From Scyliorhinus canicula (lineage: Eukaryota): a stretch of DNA of 64,000 nucleotides. Below the pieces are notes generated by a model that did not search any database, was not told where the DNA came from, and was given only the letters and a program-made list of their open reading frames with translations. Position numbers and translations under genes: made by a program. The stretch covers positions 103,133,811 to 103,197,810 of the forward strand of contig NC_052162.1 of assembly GCF_902713615.1 (NCBI RefSeq). The letters are read 5' to 3'. Of this stretch, positions 63,931 through 64,000 are shown piece after piece; position 1 is the stretch's first letter; every line of letters begins with the position of its first letter.

Positions 63931-64000
63931 TGCTCAAGTGTTTTTTTTTTGTTGTTCTCTTCTCTTCTGTCATTGTTTTTTTAAAAAGAAAAGTTTTTGG

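Overview
Eukaryotic, very repeat-dense DNA from a cartilaginous fish (shark), inferred from HE1/V-SINE-type SINEs and HER1/CR1-type LINEs; the species cannot be fixed from sequence alone. The host genes are T-cell-receptor alpha/delta-like V segments, all on the minus strand with 23-bp-spacer RSSs. V1 (20341-20622) has a perfect RSS but its candidate leader is out of frame. V2 (33020-34092) has an open leader+V frame but a non-canonical heptamer. V3 (~24598-24880) is a pseudogene missed by the ORF track. Most of the rest is nested, decayed transposable elements: CR1, L1, Rex1/Babar, two SINE families, Penelope-type ends (one with an intact minimal hammerhead ribozyme core), two hAT elements, a MULE, a Ty1/copia element and three retrovirus-like LTR relics. 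The most unusual object is the retrovirus-like element at ~36430-45505. It has a YVDD reverse transcriptase, a degenerate Ty3-type RNase H followed by a second retroviral-type RNase H, and an integrase with a long low-complexity tail. In the env position it carries an uninterrupted 118-aa ORF that looks like a small single-pass membrane glycoprotein with a polybasic tail. A related gag-bearing copy (54028-56825, minus strand) has two tandem tRNA-Arg primer-binding-like sites and a UGA-CGG gag stop. All alignments and family calls were made by eye; no database searches were run.
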